Source: Eledone cirrhosa (taxonomy: Eukaryota). Taken from it: DNA of 64,000 nucleotides. Below are positions 48,859 through 61,384 of the stretch, piece by piece. Both the position numbers and the translations under genes were made by a program. Position 1 is the stretch's first letter. Each line of letters starts with the position of its first letter. Where the stretch lies: NCBI GenBank assembly GCA_964016885.1, contig OZ024741.1, forward strand, positions 117,676,001 to 117,740,000, read 5' to 3'. Under the pieces are notes generated by a model. That model saw nothing but the letters and a program-made list of their open reading frames with translations. It did no database searches and had not been told where the DNA came from.

Positions 48859-51012
48859 GAAGGACAGTGGGAATTTCTGAAAGCAAACCTGCTGTTGGCG
48901 ACAGACGAAGTCTGTGGCTGGAGCAGGCCTGTAGGCAGGAGGAGAGTAACATGGTGGTGGAACAGTAAGGTGGAGGGGTCAATTAAGGCCAAAAAGCAGG
49001 CTTGGAAAGTATGGCGGGATGGGGGAAGTAGAGTAGACTATCAAGTGGCTAGGAGAGAAGTGTACTTAGCAAGAAGGGAAGCTGAGGAAAGAAAGTTCAA
49101 GCATGTCCTACAACGCGATGACCAAAAACGTGAGGTGTTCAGGATTGCTAGGCAATGCGTCAAGGAAAACCGTGATATTGTCGGGGAGAAGTGTGTACTT
49201 AACGATGATGGCATACTTGCCATCACCGACACTGATAAGAAGGTAGCTTGGAAGTGTCACTATGAAAGGCTACTAAATGAGGAGAATAAATGGGAGAAAG
49301 ACAGTCTCCCCCATGTCGACCCAATAGAGGGACCAGCAGTGTTAGTCGAGGGGAGTATAATAAGTAAGGCAATCAAGGATATGAAGACAGGTAAGGCAGC
49401 TGGGCCTTCGGAAATAGTTGCTGAGATGCTGAAGGCATCTGGCACGGTGGGACACACCATGGTCACCCGCATAGTTAACCAAGTCGTACAGAATGGGGTT
49501 GTTCCGAAGGACTGGCATAGCAGCATCATCGTTAACTGTTATAAGGGTAAAGGAGACGCCCTAGATAGGAGTAACTATAGAGGCATTAAATTAATCGACC
49601 AGGTCATGAAGGTCACGGAAAAAGTAATAGCGCAACTAATCAGAGAGAGAATTGACCTAGATGAAATGCAGTTCGGGTTTGTGTCAGGCAAAAGTACCAC
49701 AGACGCTCTTTTCATAGTACGACAACTACAGGAGAAGTTCCTAGCTAAAGGTAAACCCCTCTACTTAGCTTTTGTCGACTTGGAGAAAGCCTTCGACAGA
49801 GTCCCCCGCTCCATTATCTGGTGGGCTCTTAGAAAACTAGGGGTTGACGAATGGCTTGTGAGGGCTATACAAGCCATGTATAAAGAAACAGTCAGCAAGG
49901 TTAGAATTAACAACGAATATAGTGAAGAGTTTAGCGTAAAAGTTGGCGTCCATCAGGGCTCTGTTCTCAGCCCCCTACTATTTATTATTGCCCTTCAGGC
50001 TATAACAGAGGAGTTCAAGACAGGCTGCCCATGGGAACTCCTATACGCAGACGACCTGACACTCATAGCGGAATCAATGGTCGAGCTAGAGAAGAAATTC
50101 CAAACATGGAAGCACGGCCTAGAGTCAAAAGGACTTAAAATTAACCTGGCTAAGACCAAAGTTCTAGTTTGTAGGAAAGAAAACAAGGCGGCGGTCCCTT
50201 CTGGGAAATGGTCGTGCTCGGTGTGTAGGAAAGGCGTAGGTAGAAACTCCATTTTATGTCCTAAATGCAAAGTATGGGTGCATAAAAGATGTAGTGGGAT
50301 CACAGGTAAGCTAACTAAGAACATAGATTTTACATGTGGCCGGTGTTCTGGTGCAATAAGTAGCAGCAAGTGCCCACAAAATACTAGCTCTTTCAATTGC
50401 GCAGAGGGTTCTATAGAAATAGTGGACAGCTTCCGTTACCTGGGCGATAAAATCAGCAGTGGGGGAGGGTGCTCTGAAAGTACTGTAGCTAGAGTCAGAA
50501 CTGGTTGGAAAAAGTTCAGAGAGCTTATACCACTATTAGCTGCTAAAGGGTTCTCCCTAAAAATGAAAGGCAGGTTGTACGATGCCTGCATACGAACAGC
50601 AATGTTGCATGGCAGTGAGACCTGGGCATTATGTGCAGAGGATATACGCAGACTAGAGAGGAACGAAGCTTGCATGCTCCGCTGGATGTGTAACAGTAAT
50701 ATACGTGAACGGCAAAGCATAAACGAACTAAGGAAAAAATTAGAGATAAGAGGGATCAGATGTTGTTTACTCGAGAGAAGGCTACGTTGGTATGGACACG
50801 TGATGCGCATGAAAGTCGGTAGCTGTATAACAAAGTGCAGGGCAATAAAGATAGACGGTAGCCACGGAATAGGCAGACCTAGAAAAACCTGGGACGAGCT
50901 GATAAACTCCGACCTCACACACTTACACCTCTCCAAGACAATGTCACTGGACCGAGACCTTTGGCGGTACTCAGTAACAGAGAAGACCCGCCTTGCCAGT
51001 AGGCATCTCTAA
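48859..51012 (+). CDS. RTE reverse transcriptase ORF (5'-partial) with C4HC3 zinc-finger insert
   Basis: Motifs KAAGP, NYRGIKL, QFGF, FVDLEKAFDRV, GVHQGSVLSPLLF, LLYADD, FRYLG, HGSETW, RRLRWYGHV and GRPRKTW; no stops over about 717 codons. The ORF-track N-terminus 48799-48858 is flanking DNA. Confidence 0.93.
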   Translation, partial: EGQWEFLKANLLLATDEVCGWSRPVGRRRVTWWWNSKVEGSIKAKKQAWKVWRDGGSRVDYQVARREVYLARREAEERKFKHVLQRDDQKREVFRIARQCVKENRDIVGEKCVLNDDGILAITDTDKKVAWKCHYERLLNEENKWEKDSLPHVDPIEGPAVLVEGSIISKAIKDMKTGKAAGPSEIVAEMLKASGTVGHTMVTRIVNQVVQNGVVPKDWHSSIIVNCYKGKGDALDRSNYRGIKLIDQVMKVTEKVIAQLIRERIDLDEMQFGFVSGKSTTDALFIVRQLQEKFLAKGKPLYLAFVDLEKAFDRVPRSIIWWALRKLGVDEWLVRAIQAMYKETVSKVRINNEYSEEFSVKVGVHQGSVLSPLLFIIALQAITEEFKTGCPWELLYADDLTLIAESMVELEKKFQTWKHGLESKGLKINLAKTKVLVCRKENKAAVPSGKWSCSVCRKGVGRNSILCPKCKVWVHKRCSGITGKLTKNIDFTCGRCSGAISSSKCPQNTSSFNCAEGSIEIVDSFRYLGDKISSGGGCSESTVARVRTGWKKFRELIPLLAAKGFSLKMKGRLYDACIRTAMLHGSETWALCAEDIRRLERNEACMLRWMCNSNIRERQSINELRKKLEIRGIRCCLLERRLRWYGHVMRMKVGSCITKCRAIKIDGSHGIGRPRKTWDELINSDLTHLHLSKTMSLDRDLWRYSVTEKTRLASRHL

Positions 51013-51367
51013 CAAAATACACCCCGTCCCGCCACCACCCCCACCCATCCACACCACCCCGTCCTATGTAAAGTTATGTTGGTGCCGCGCCATCCAGGCC
51101 GAAACAAATGAGATCGTGTAGGTGTCACGACAAAAAAACACACAGTCCACGTTGTAATGTGGCCGTGTAGGCAACACGGTAAAAACCTCCCAGACCCACA
51201 CTGTAAATGTGGTTGGTGTTAGGAAGGGCATCCAACTGTAGAAAACCTGCCAGACAGTCCTATGCGAGCAAGACAATCACTCTTGCCTCAAGTGGGACTA
51301 CCCCCGTCCAAACCCATGCAAGCGTGGAACACGGACGTTAAACGTTGATGATGATGATGATGATGAT
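48859..51367 (+). mobile_element. Young 5'-truncated RTE-clade non-LTR retrotransposon with (GAT)n tail
   Basis: Open RT ORF, about 330-nt 3' UTR and (GAT)n tail. Starts abruptly after (TA)n with no endonuclease domain, and splits a host MITE. Confidence 0.93.
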
Positions 51368-51805
51368 ATATATCTAAAAACTTTCCATCATAATTTTATA
51401 TAAGAGCCTTCATTTAAGTTATGTTCCAAATATCAATTTAATAATCAGATTGTTAGTTACATTACTCAATCCCTCCAAATTCTTGATTAGTTTCAAAAAT
51501 ATTTGAAAACCACAGGCAGTGTCTTTCATTAGAAATGTGGTAGCAAAAGGGTTAAAAACCTGTAAACTGTGACAAAACATCATGCGTATGTGTGTCTGTA
51601 GTATATTTAATTCTGAAGTGTTGTGTTTTATATTCCATTGATGGCAGTGTCTTCAGTTTCTTTACTAAGATATGTGTGTATGGATAGTAAAAAGAAATGA
51701 ATTATATGTAGTTTATTCCTTTTTAAAATATATTATATTCAAATGTTATATATGTTCATATTATATATTCACATATTATAAATTAATACATTTGTTTGTT
51801 TGTAG

Positions 51806-51879
51806 TGCGACGGACGCTTAAAGGAGGATTGGATTCAGAAGAATTGGAAACAATTGCTGCTTATAGTGAAGAAGTTTGA
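51806..51879 (+). CDS. FHOD: FHOD terminal coding exon (LRRTLKGGLDSEELETIAAYSEEV*)
   Basis: TTTGTAG acceptor, phase 1; completes RKS-LRRTLK.GL; TGA at 51877-51879. Confidence 0.94.
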
Positions 51880-54800
51880 TGTTCCAGTGCTTTTTCTCTG
51901 CTACGCTGTACTACTGATGACTAGTGCAGACCATGATGACTTCCGCCCATCAACTAAATATTGTCAGACAGATATGATATTAGGCCCCAGCTGCCTGTCT
52001 ACCTGCTGCCTACCTGTCTGTTTTACCTTGTCTTTCAGTACTCAAAAGCTACTACAGCCTTTCTCAGCAACAGTACAGCACCTCAAATGTCTGCTCTAAC
52101 TTATTGCATTAGAATTTCAGGAACTGATTGAACAAATTAGAGGTCATAGCTGTTGACTGGAGCCAATTCTAAATTTGCTTAGTCAAAAAACAACACACCC
52201 ACATGTGTATATATATGTATATATATATATATATATATCTAATGTAAGCTCTGAAATGTTTAATGGACTGTATTTATTTAACGAAGATATAATAGCCATT
52301 GGCTGAAAGCAAAGATTGAAAATCAAAAACATGCTGTTTGTACTGCGAATTATTATTACTTTTTTTTTTTTTTTTTAATTCTTTCATTTTACATCTTCCG
52401 GAAAAAAAATATTGTAAATGCCACAATGTAGAACTTGGAAGAGAAAAACAAAAATAAATAAATGATTTCGGGTTTTTCAAATGTTTTTCAAAAAGTGGAT
52501 TTTGTTATTTTAAGTTTGCGAAATGTAAAAAAAAAAGTGAAAAATGTCATAGCAACAACAGATTAATACTTCATTTCAAATAACATTACATAATTTTTTT
52601 AATTGGGTGATTTAATAAATTGAGTATAACAGCTAAGAAAATAACATGATTTGATAAGAAAAGTTTCTTTGGGCATGTAGTACTAACTTAAGAAACATTT
52701 GGAATGTTAGATAAACAAATTGAAAGTAAGAAAAACTCGTAAGAAAATCAGGCAGCAGCTTTTGTACCTAACAAACGAAATAACAAGATTGAAAGCTTGT
52801 TCATAGCAATACCAGGTTAAAGTCTGGGTCTGCTTTACTGAACTGTTATCATGCTAACAGTTTGATTTTTGATTAAATCTCACTACTTCTGCATCTGAGA
52901 GAAATTTCCTCTGTTGAAAAGTATGAAGGGTTTTAAAGTGTTTTTTTAAAGGGTTTTCTAGCTAAAAGGGAGTGGTGGGTGGGGATTAAAGCAATAGATG
53001 CAAATTAAGAAAAGCCAGATTAGCTTTAATTTTACTTCTAATGTTATTGCTATTTAAAATATTTAATATATTTCAAGATGATTTAGAAAATTTTTATGAG
53101 GCTATTTTAGAAATAAAACTAAATGCTAGGTTAATGAGTTTTAAAATGTTCCATTTTTAAATTCTAATAAATTACTATAGAATGTGTGAAAAGTTTATAA
53201 CAAAAATTTGTCCCTCTCAAAGATATCTTCAAAAGCAATTTTTTTCGTGATAATTCTAAAGAGGCAATATTGGAAAAAAAATAAATATTTAAAAAAAAAA
53301 AGAAAAAGCTGTTCATAAAATAAGGATTTTATTTATTTATTTATTACATTACAGCTTTGTCTTCAGTTTTTGTTTTTTATCACATGAGATTTTTTTTTCT
53401 TCATTGTTACATCTTGTATCTTTTAAGTCCATGTTGGTTTCTATGTTTTGTTAAAAATGACTTTGAAAAAATAAACAGAAATAGATTTAAAACTTCTCTC
53501 ATAATTTTTCACTTTTTCTTTTTTTTTTTTCTCATCATTGCATATTCTACAAATTTCTTAGATTTTACTGATGTCCATAGCATAAGTTGTTTATTTTCTA
53601 TATTAAGAAATATAGATTGTTTGGGAGACACTAACACAAAGGTGCAGTGGGTATTTTCTTTTAAGTAAATAATTTACAATATATAGTATCGATATATTTT
53701 TTTCACTCAAATTTCAATAAATATCATTATTTTTATATCAATTAATTTTAAGGTAAATCCCTAGACCAGATAGCACATTGTGACCTAGAGCAAAACATTT
53801 CATTTTATGTTGCTCCAGTCCACTCAGCTGGAAAAAATATATGAGCCAAGAGCAGCTGGGGTTTAATGTTGCGACAGACTAGTGTTCTGTCTAAAAGGGG
53901 AGTCTTGTACTCTCAGTTGCTTAACACCACATGAAATCCTGATGAAGTTCTAGACACAAGAAAGACTTTATCTTTTAACTTTAATATTTATTGACAAAGG
54001 ATATCTTTTGCAGTCCTTTATAGATCTATCAAGCTCAAGATTAACATATATCTTCTTCTGCTCTAGGATCGTGGAGGTGCTGCAGAGTGGAGCAGTACAC
54101 TACCTCTCTCCATCCAACCCTGCTGCAAACCAGGACTTGAATTGGTACAAAGTCTTTATTGGTCCATTTCGTAATGTTATCCACCTTTCTTTTCCCTTGA
54201 ACTGAGTAATAACTTATTCTGTTCTTTAATAAACTAAACATAAAATCTTTTATTAATATTGCAACATTATTTATTTCAAAGGAAACTGTGAACAGTATTC
54301 TTTTGGAATGTTGAGGGTATTTTCTCTCAAACATTTCTAGGAATACTTATTCAAAGGATGCTGATGGGACATTCTAGACAAATTAAAATTTAGATATTAT
54401 ATTCATAATGCAGAACATGAAAAAAGCTAGAAATTGCTTTTGAAATTTTTCCCTTTCTTCGTGTTACCTTCACATGATATACAAATTGGTTAAGAAATAA
54501 GACAAATGGAATGGTGTGATATAAAAATATCTCAAGATAGAGTCAAGTTATAAATTGTTTAACATTAACATAATACAGAATTATGTAGATTTTATACTAA
54601 TATAAGATAAAAGGTGTAATATAAATATAACACAGTAGGTTTAACACAGGTGTATGGTATAATTTAGCTTTAACACAGGTGTCAATAGTTATTTCTTTTG
54701 ATATCTTCTAATGAAAATTTGGATTTTCACATTCTGAATTTCTGAAGCAATTTGTACATTCCTTATAAGTAGAATGGCTGGTGCCATATCTTGGAAGCTG

Positions 54801-57800
54801 ACTAGTGCCATTTCTTGGCTAAGAGATTTGGTGACAACAAAGAAAGATTTGATAGCTCTTTCTTTCTATATATTTTTCCTTTGCTTTCTGAGATTTGACT
54901 TAAAGATGGTCACTTTTATCTCATAGATTTTGTTACCCTTTGCCCCAATTTCTTACTGGTACTTCACCATTTATATGCGGTCCTTTTGGTGAATGTGAGG
55001 GTTTCAAGAATCTACTGAAAATATTGATTTATAGGGTCTAAAATCGATTGAAATATCCATGCTGAGAGCAGGTATCTGATTTTGATGGCGTTTGTTTAAA
55101 CTGCAAGATTAGAGGGACAATCCCTTAAACCCTCAGCTTTAAGAAATCACAAGAAAGATTGGAAAAAAGGAGCTTTCAGGTTATCTATCTATCTAGATAT
55201 ATGTATATATATATATATGTGTATGTATATATCCATGTACATGTATGTGCACATCTGTATATATATATATATAATAAGGAAGCCAAATGACTATTTCAGT
55301 TTTACATGATTGTTTTACAGTGGAGGTCCTAACAGTTCTTGCTGTAATTGTTGTTGCTGCAGTTGTTGTAGTTGCTGCAGTTGTAACTACTGCTGTTGCT
55401 GCAGTCATGTAATCCATGATGTTCTGATAGATCAGTTTTATAATTGCATGGTTCTCATACACTGTAGAATATGATTAACTGTGTGGTTGCTTTTTAACCC
55501 TCAATAATCTTGGCTTACGAATGAGCCAACACGAATTTATTGGTTACCATACTAATTGTCATATGATAACTAAATAAATTCTTGGGTGTAAACTGCATGA
55601 AGCCAAGGGATAAAACTGCATGGTTATCATATTCATTGGTTCATGTGATAACCATGCATTTTATAGTATTGTGATACATGATTGATTGTGTGTGTGAAAG
55701 CACCACTAGTAGATAAGTGTGCTAAGGGAGACAATCTCACACAAGGGAAGTAAATTTAATATCGCTGCTATCTTTACATCAAATTGAAATATTTATTTAT
55801 TTATTAATACTATACGTTTTCTTTCACCAATCTATATATATATATATTTGCAGGGTTTAACATAAAACATAATATCTGAAGATAACATAGAAGAAAAAAA
55901 ATCATAAAATGTATTCAGTCATACTTTTCTGCTTTTCTGCAGATTTTCCAACACAAGATATTCCTGTACTAGACAGCATCTTAACTTTCATTTTAAAACT
56001 TTGTCTCTTCAGTATCTCTAATGTGTATAATTTCATTATAACAAGACCAAATAGTAACTCATATAAAACACAACTAAAAGATTAACGACTCCAGATCCAC
56101 ATTTTTGTATTTAAAAAAAAAGACACAAAAATACAAACACACACATACACACAAAATGAATGAAACAAAATATTGAATTTGTTTTATTTTTAAAAAGTTC
56201 ATATATTTCCGTACCTCACTGTTCCCACTATCAACTGTTAAACTTACATTTATTCAATTCATCATTCATTTCAAAAACCAGAAAAAATTCAATATATTTT
56301 TTTAAACATTTAGTGTAGACAATGAAATATTATTGGCTAAACTTTCTCTCTCTTCTTCCATTTCTCTCTCCCTTTCTATCTCTACCCTCTCCTCACTCTC
56401 CCTTCATCACTCTCTTTCCCTCTCTTTCCCACTCCCTTCTCTCTCTTTAATGCATTATTTGGAATGGCAAAGATAAGGTTTTAACATACACATTCAACTT
56501 AACGCTCATATTTAAAGTGATGATAATGTTGATGACTTCTTACTTAGGGATAAAACTACAGATTTTGGAATAGAGATGTAGTCACAATTATATCAACCCA
56601 AGTACATAACTGGTATTTTATTTTATCGATCACTGAAGAACAATGATGAAATACAAAGTCAATATCAGCTGGGTAGTTTCACAATATAAAGGGACGTAAC
56701 TATGTAAGTTTTTTTTCTGCTGCAATAATTAGGTTATCCTTACGAAAGACTGGTTTCCTATTCATGGAGGTAGTCTTGTACTTTCAGTCATTTAACTGCA
56801 ATAAACCTTGGTTTGATGAGGCTCCAAGTATGAGAAAGACTTTAACTAACTTTTCATTTTCCAAAATAACTAACTTCTCTGTTATTAACCTGGCTTTAAG
56901 AACATAACTTGTCAAAAAGGCTTTAAAATAAAATTATGATAGGCTTACACTTTTTTATATAAACACAATAAAGCTGATGGTGGTTTTATATCACAGAACC
57001 AGGGGGTGGGGTCTTAAGTGAATGGGTTAACTGTTCTGCTAGGAAAGAAATAAGACTAGGACTAATAAAACATTAAGCGGATCCTTTATTACACTGAAAT
57101 ATAGAATGGAGGGATATATCTGAAATATAGAATGGAAGAATAGATCTGAAAGTACCAAGTTAGAAACAATTTCATATTTACTTAAAACAAAAATAGTTTT
57201 GTGGAAGTGGTGATTTCTGTTCAATATTAAGGAGGTAACACTGTGTTCCTTATTTGAAAACATATATAATAGCAAAACCTATAACAAAGACCCTTTTAGG
57301 TAAATGTGTAATTATTTTCTAACTTGATACTTTCAGAGTCATTCCTTCATTCTATATTTCAGATATATTCCTCCATTCTTTATTTTGTATTAGTTGTAAT
57401 CTTATTTCTTTCCTAGCAGAACAGTTAACACATACACCTAAGAACCCTCACCTCCCACCCTGGTTCTGTGATATAAAATCATCAGTTTTACTGTTTATGT
57501 TAAAAAAGTGCTCTACCCTTCCTCCAGATCTATTCAGTAAAAAAAATATATATAGAGAGAGAATCATCTGACATGGTTACAAAACATGCTATAAATAGCA
57601 ACCAACTCTTGTAAATGACATGCTATATAGTCATTAAATAGGACATATTGGATAATGTAGTCCAGGATGCAATATGTCAGAAAAAAAAAGAAACGGGATG
57701 GTCCTAGCTGGAATATACCTAATTTTTTTATTTCATTGATTTCAGTAATTGGACTGTGATTATGTTGGGGTCACTAAAAATTAAAAACACATATATATTA

Positions 57801-58053
57801 ACTATTTAACAAATGAGTGCCTTATGGTATTTACTAAGAGTCCTTTATGTTTTTGATTTCAAATCCTACCAGCGATCAATATTTTTTTATTTTCAGCAGG
57901 TTAACACAACCACAGCAGTGGTGGCGTCAGGATGTAATAAAATACAACAAAATAAAATATTGAGAATCAATATAATCAATTATACTCCTCTTTCACCACA
58001 CATCATAACCACAATTAGAAATTATTATTATTATTATTATTATTGCTATATTA

Positions 58054-58671
58054 GGGTGGTGGATTGGCAGTATCGGTAGAGGGTCGGACGCCATGCTTTA
58101 ACGCATAGTTACGTCCCTTGCCATTCTGAGTTCAAATCCCGCCGAGGTTAACTTTGCCTTTCATCCTTACGGGGTCGATAAAATAAAGTACCAGTAATAC
58201 ACTGGGTAATTGCTGGCCTTGTGCCAAAAATAGAAACAATTATTATTATTGCTATTACTAGAGATGTATTGCTATTTATGTTACAACTCTTTACAGGGTT
58301 GATAAAATAAAGTACCAATAATGCGCTAGGGGCGATTTAATCGACTCCCCCTCCCCCCAAAAAAGATTTCTGGTCTTGTGCCCATTATTATTATTTGGTT
58401 TGGCAGTATCAATAGAGCCTCAGATACCATGCTTTGCAGCATAGTTATGGTTATTTATGTTCTGAGTTCAAATCCCGCCGAGGTTAACTTTGCCTTTCAT
58501 CCTTACGGGGTCGATAAAATAAAGTACCAATCACTGGGGGTAATTGCTGGCCTTGTGGCAAAATTAGAAACATTATTATTATTATCTGCTTTCAGCTCTT
58601 TACATTCTTTACATTCAAATCCTGCTGAGGTCAACTTTGTTTTTCATCCTTCCAGGGTCGATAAAATAAAA
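58054..58671 (+). mobile_element. Head-to-tail cluster of a (TTA)n-tailed SINE family
   Basis: Repeated GAGTTCAAATCCCGCCGAGGTTAACTTTGCCTTTCATCCTTACGGGGTCGATAAAATAAAGTACCA. Single copies occur at about 1935-2158, 14400-14560, 18250-18570, 46230-46420 and elsewhere. Confidence 0.82.
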
Positions 58672-59378
58672 CAAAAAGGGAAATTGTTTTAAACCAGAAA
58701 ATTCAATATTTACAGAAACCACACCCACCTCGTTTCTCCTCTTCTTCCACCTCCTCCACCTCCCCCTCTCTTCAGTCACTCAAACAATTAATAGCTGGAT
58801 AACAATTATAATAATGACACTAAAAATAATTTTCTAATTTGCAGTCAATCTAAATGATACGAAAAAAAAAAATCTGTTTTGAAATCCTCCCCACCCAAAC
58901 ACTACCACCCCACCATCTCCCCACGCCGCCACCTTCCTATGCCACCACCTCCCCACACCACCTATTTTGGTTATTGGTTTTGTTTGTTTGGTTTGTTATT
59001 TTTTTTAAAAACTGCATCATATTTAATTGAAATTCTGCTGTATTTATTTTTTTTTTTTTTACCATTTCGTTATGTGTTGTTTTTTAATGAATTTAATCCT
59101 GTGTGCTTATGTTGCCCGGTTGTTGTTTTATTGTAAAAAAAAACAAAACAAAAACAAGCAACAAATATGTTTTTTTTTTCTTTGTTTTCACACCCCAAAC
59201 CCCTACCCGTCACAGAAAATTCAAAAAAAACCCACAATATTTGTAAATTAATAAATAAATAAATAAATAAAACCGAATACCAAGTTGTTTTTTGTTGTTG
59301 GGGAAAAAAACAATAAAAAAACACAATGAGAAACAAAAAAATACAAATAACGAAAGAATTAAAGGTGGCAGAGATTAA

Positions 59379-59567
59379 CCCTTTACCATTTACATTATCT
59401 GTATTTACTATTGTATTTATCTCACATAATATCCAATCTATGAGATTTTGATATTATTTATTTTGAAACAATAACTTAAAGTCAGTATGAGCGACCAGTT
59501 ATATGGCTGGTTTGAACAGAAAAAAGTGAGAGAATTCTGGCAGGATATGGCCAGTTTAAATGCTAAA
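59379..59567. mobile_element. MITE family A copy, right end decayed
   Basis: Collinear with 42648-42865. Confidence 0.75.
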
Positions 59568-59569
59568 AA

Positions 59570-60860
59570 TATGGGCTATTTAATGTACACTGTACAGCTA
59601 TGTTGATAAATGTGTGATATTTAATGTGCCCTGTACAGCTATATTGATAAATGTGGGATATTTAATGTATTTTAATGTACCTTGTATAGCTACAGTGAGA
59701 GATGTGGGATATTTAGTGTACCCTGTACAGTTATTGTGAGATATGTGGGATGTTTAGTGTACCCTGTATAGCTACAGTGAGAGATGTGGGATATTTAATG
59801 TACCCTGTACCACTACAGTGAGAGATGTGGGATATTAATGTACTCTGTACAGCTACAGTGAGAGATGTGGGATATTTAATGTACCCTGTACCACTACAGT
59901 GAGAGATGTGGGATATTAATGTACTCTGTACAGCTGTATTGAGGGATGTGGGATATTAATGTACTCTGTACAGCTGTATTGAGGGATGTGGGATATTAAT
60001 GTACTCTGTACAGCTGTATTGAGGGATGTGGGATATTAATGTACTCTGTACAGCTGTATTGAGGGATGTGGGATATTAATGTACTCTGTACAGCTACAGT
60101 GGGAGATGTGGGATATTTAATGTACCCTGTACCACTACAGTGAGAGATGTGGGATATTAATGTACTCTGTACAGCTGTATTGAGGGATGTGGGATATTAA
60201 TGTAGACTGTACAGCTACAGTGGGAGATGTGGGATATTTAATGTACCCTGTACCACTACAGTGAGAGATGTGGGATATTAATGTACTCTGTACAGCTGTA
60301 TTGAGGGATGTGGGATATTAATGTAGACTGTACAGCTACAGTGGGAGATGTGGGATATTTAATGTACCCTGTACCACTACAGTGAGAGATGTGGGATATT
60401 AATGTACTCTGTACAGCTGTATTGAGGGATGTGGGATATTAATGTACTCTGTACAGCTGTATTGAGGGATGTGGGATATTAATGTACTCTGTACAGCTAC
60501 AGTGGGAGATGTGGGATATTTAATGTACCCTGTACAGCTACAGTGAGAGATTTGGGATATTTAACCCTTTAATGTTCAAACCGGCCAAAACCGGCTGAAA
60601 TTGGTCGCTCAATTGATGTTAAGGTATTGTTTTCAAAATAAATACTTTCAAAATCTCATAGATTCGATATTATGTGAGGTAAAGCCTTTACCATGAAAAT
60701 ATAATAGTTTATATAGAGTAATGTGTTGCTAAAGGGTTAATGTACCCTGTACAGCTACAGTGAGAGATGTGAGATATTGAATGTACCCTGTACAGCTGTA
60801 TTGAGAAATGTGGGATATTGAATGTACCCTGTACAGCTGTATTGAGAGATATGGGATATA
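59570..60860. repeat. 40/41-bp tandem satellite, roughly 27 units, with a 121-bp higher-order period in the centre
   Basis: Unit GATGTGGGATATT(T)AATGTAC(C/T)CTGTAC(AG/CA)CT(ACAGTGAGA/GTATTGAGG); homogeneous core and diverged ends. Confidence 0.95.
60565..60736. mobile_element. MITE family A copy inserted in the satellite at TTAA
   Basis: The satellite unit GATATTTAATGTACC is split with TTAA duplicated (60561-60564 and 60737-60740); CCCTTTA/TAAAGGG ends. Confidence 0.88.
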
Positions 60861-61384
60861 GAACCTGAGCAAGCTGGTTGGATAACATCCATGAGCTCAG
60901 TCAGTCTCACTTGGGAATTCAGCTGGATCAATTGTAGACATTTACTTCTGACAGGACCTTCTGGAAGGAGTACTTGAAGACACTACTCCACGACCCTCCC
61001 TGGAATATTTGAGTCAAGAAAAAGAAGAAAAAGAAAAAGAAGAAATAAAAATGCCCAACCAAAATCCAAAATTTTCTTAAGCTGTCTTGGGCACGTAAGT
61101 TAGTGACAGGCCTAGCTACAACACTAAATGGACCTGTAGTCATGCATATAGATCCATGCTGAAAACGTTCACAACAATATGTTTTCTAGTAAAGATACTA
61201 CAAAAATTTGAATTAAGAAACGCATCTTTTGATATTTTCTGCTAAATCATTACAGGATGTCAAGAGTTAATAAATCATTTATGGCCACATTATAATAACA
61301 TTTCTTCTTCTTCTGTCCACATAATGACATAGAAGACTGAGAACTCCCTCAAGAATTATAACAGGTTATTGGTTAACTGATGGG

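Noticed and set aside
49041-50936. Several minus-strand ORFs
   Set aside because: Antisense shadows of the RTE ORF.
51880-53700. Definition of the FHOD poly(A) site
   Set aside because: Several AATAAA motifs occur in A/T-rich sequence; the true end cannot be chosen from sequence alone.
59570-60860. CRISPR-like array
   Set aside because: The variable parts are a few recurring short variants, not unique spacers. The context is eukaryotic and there are no cas genes.
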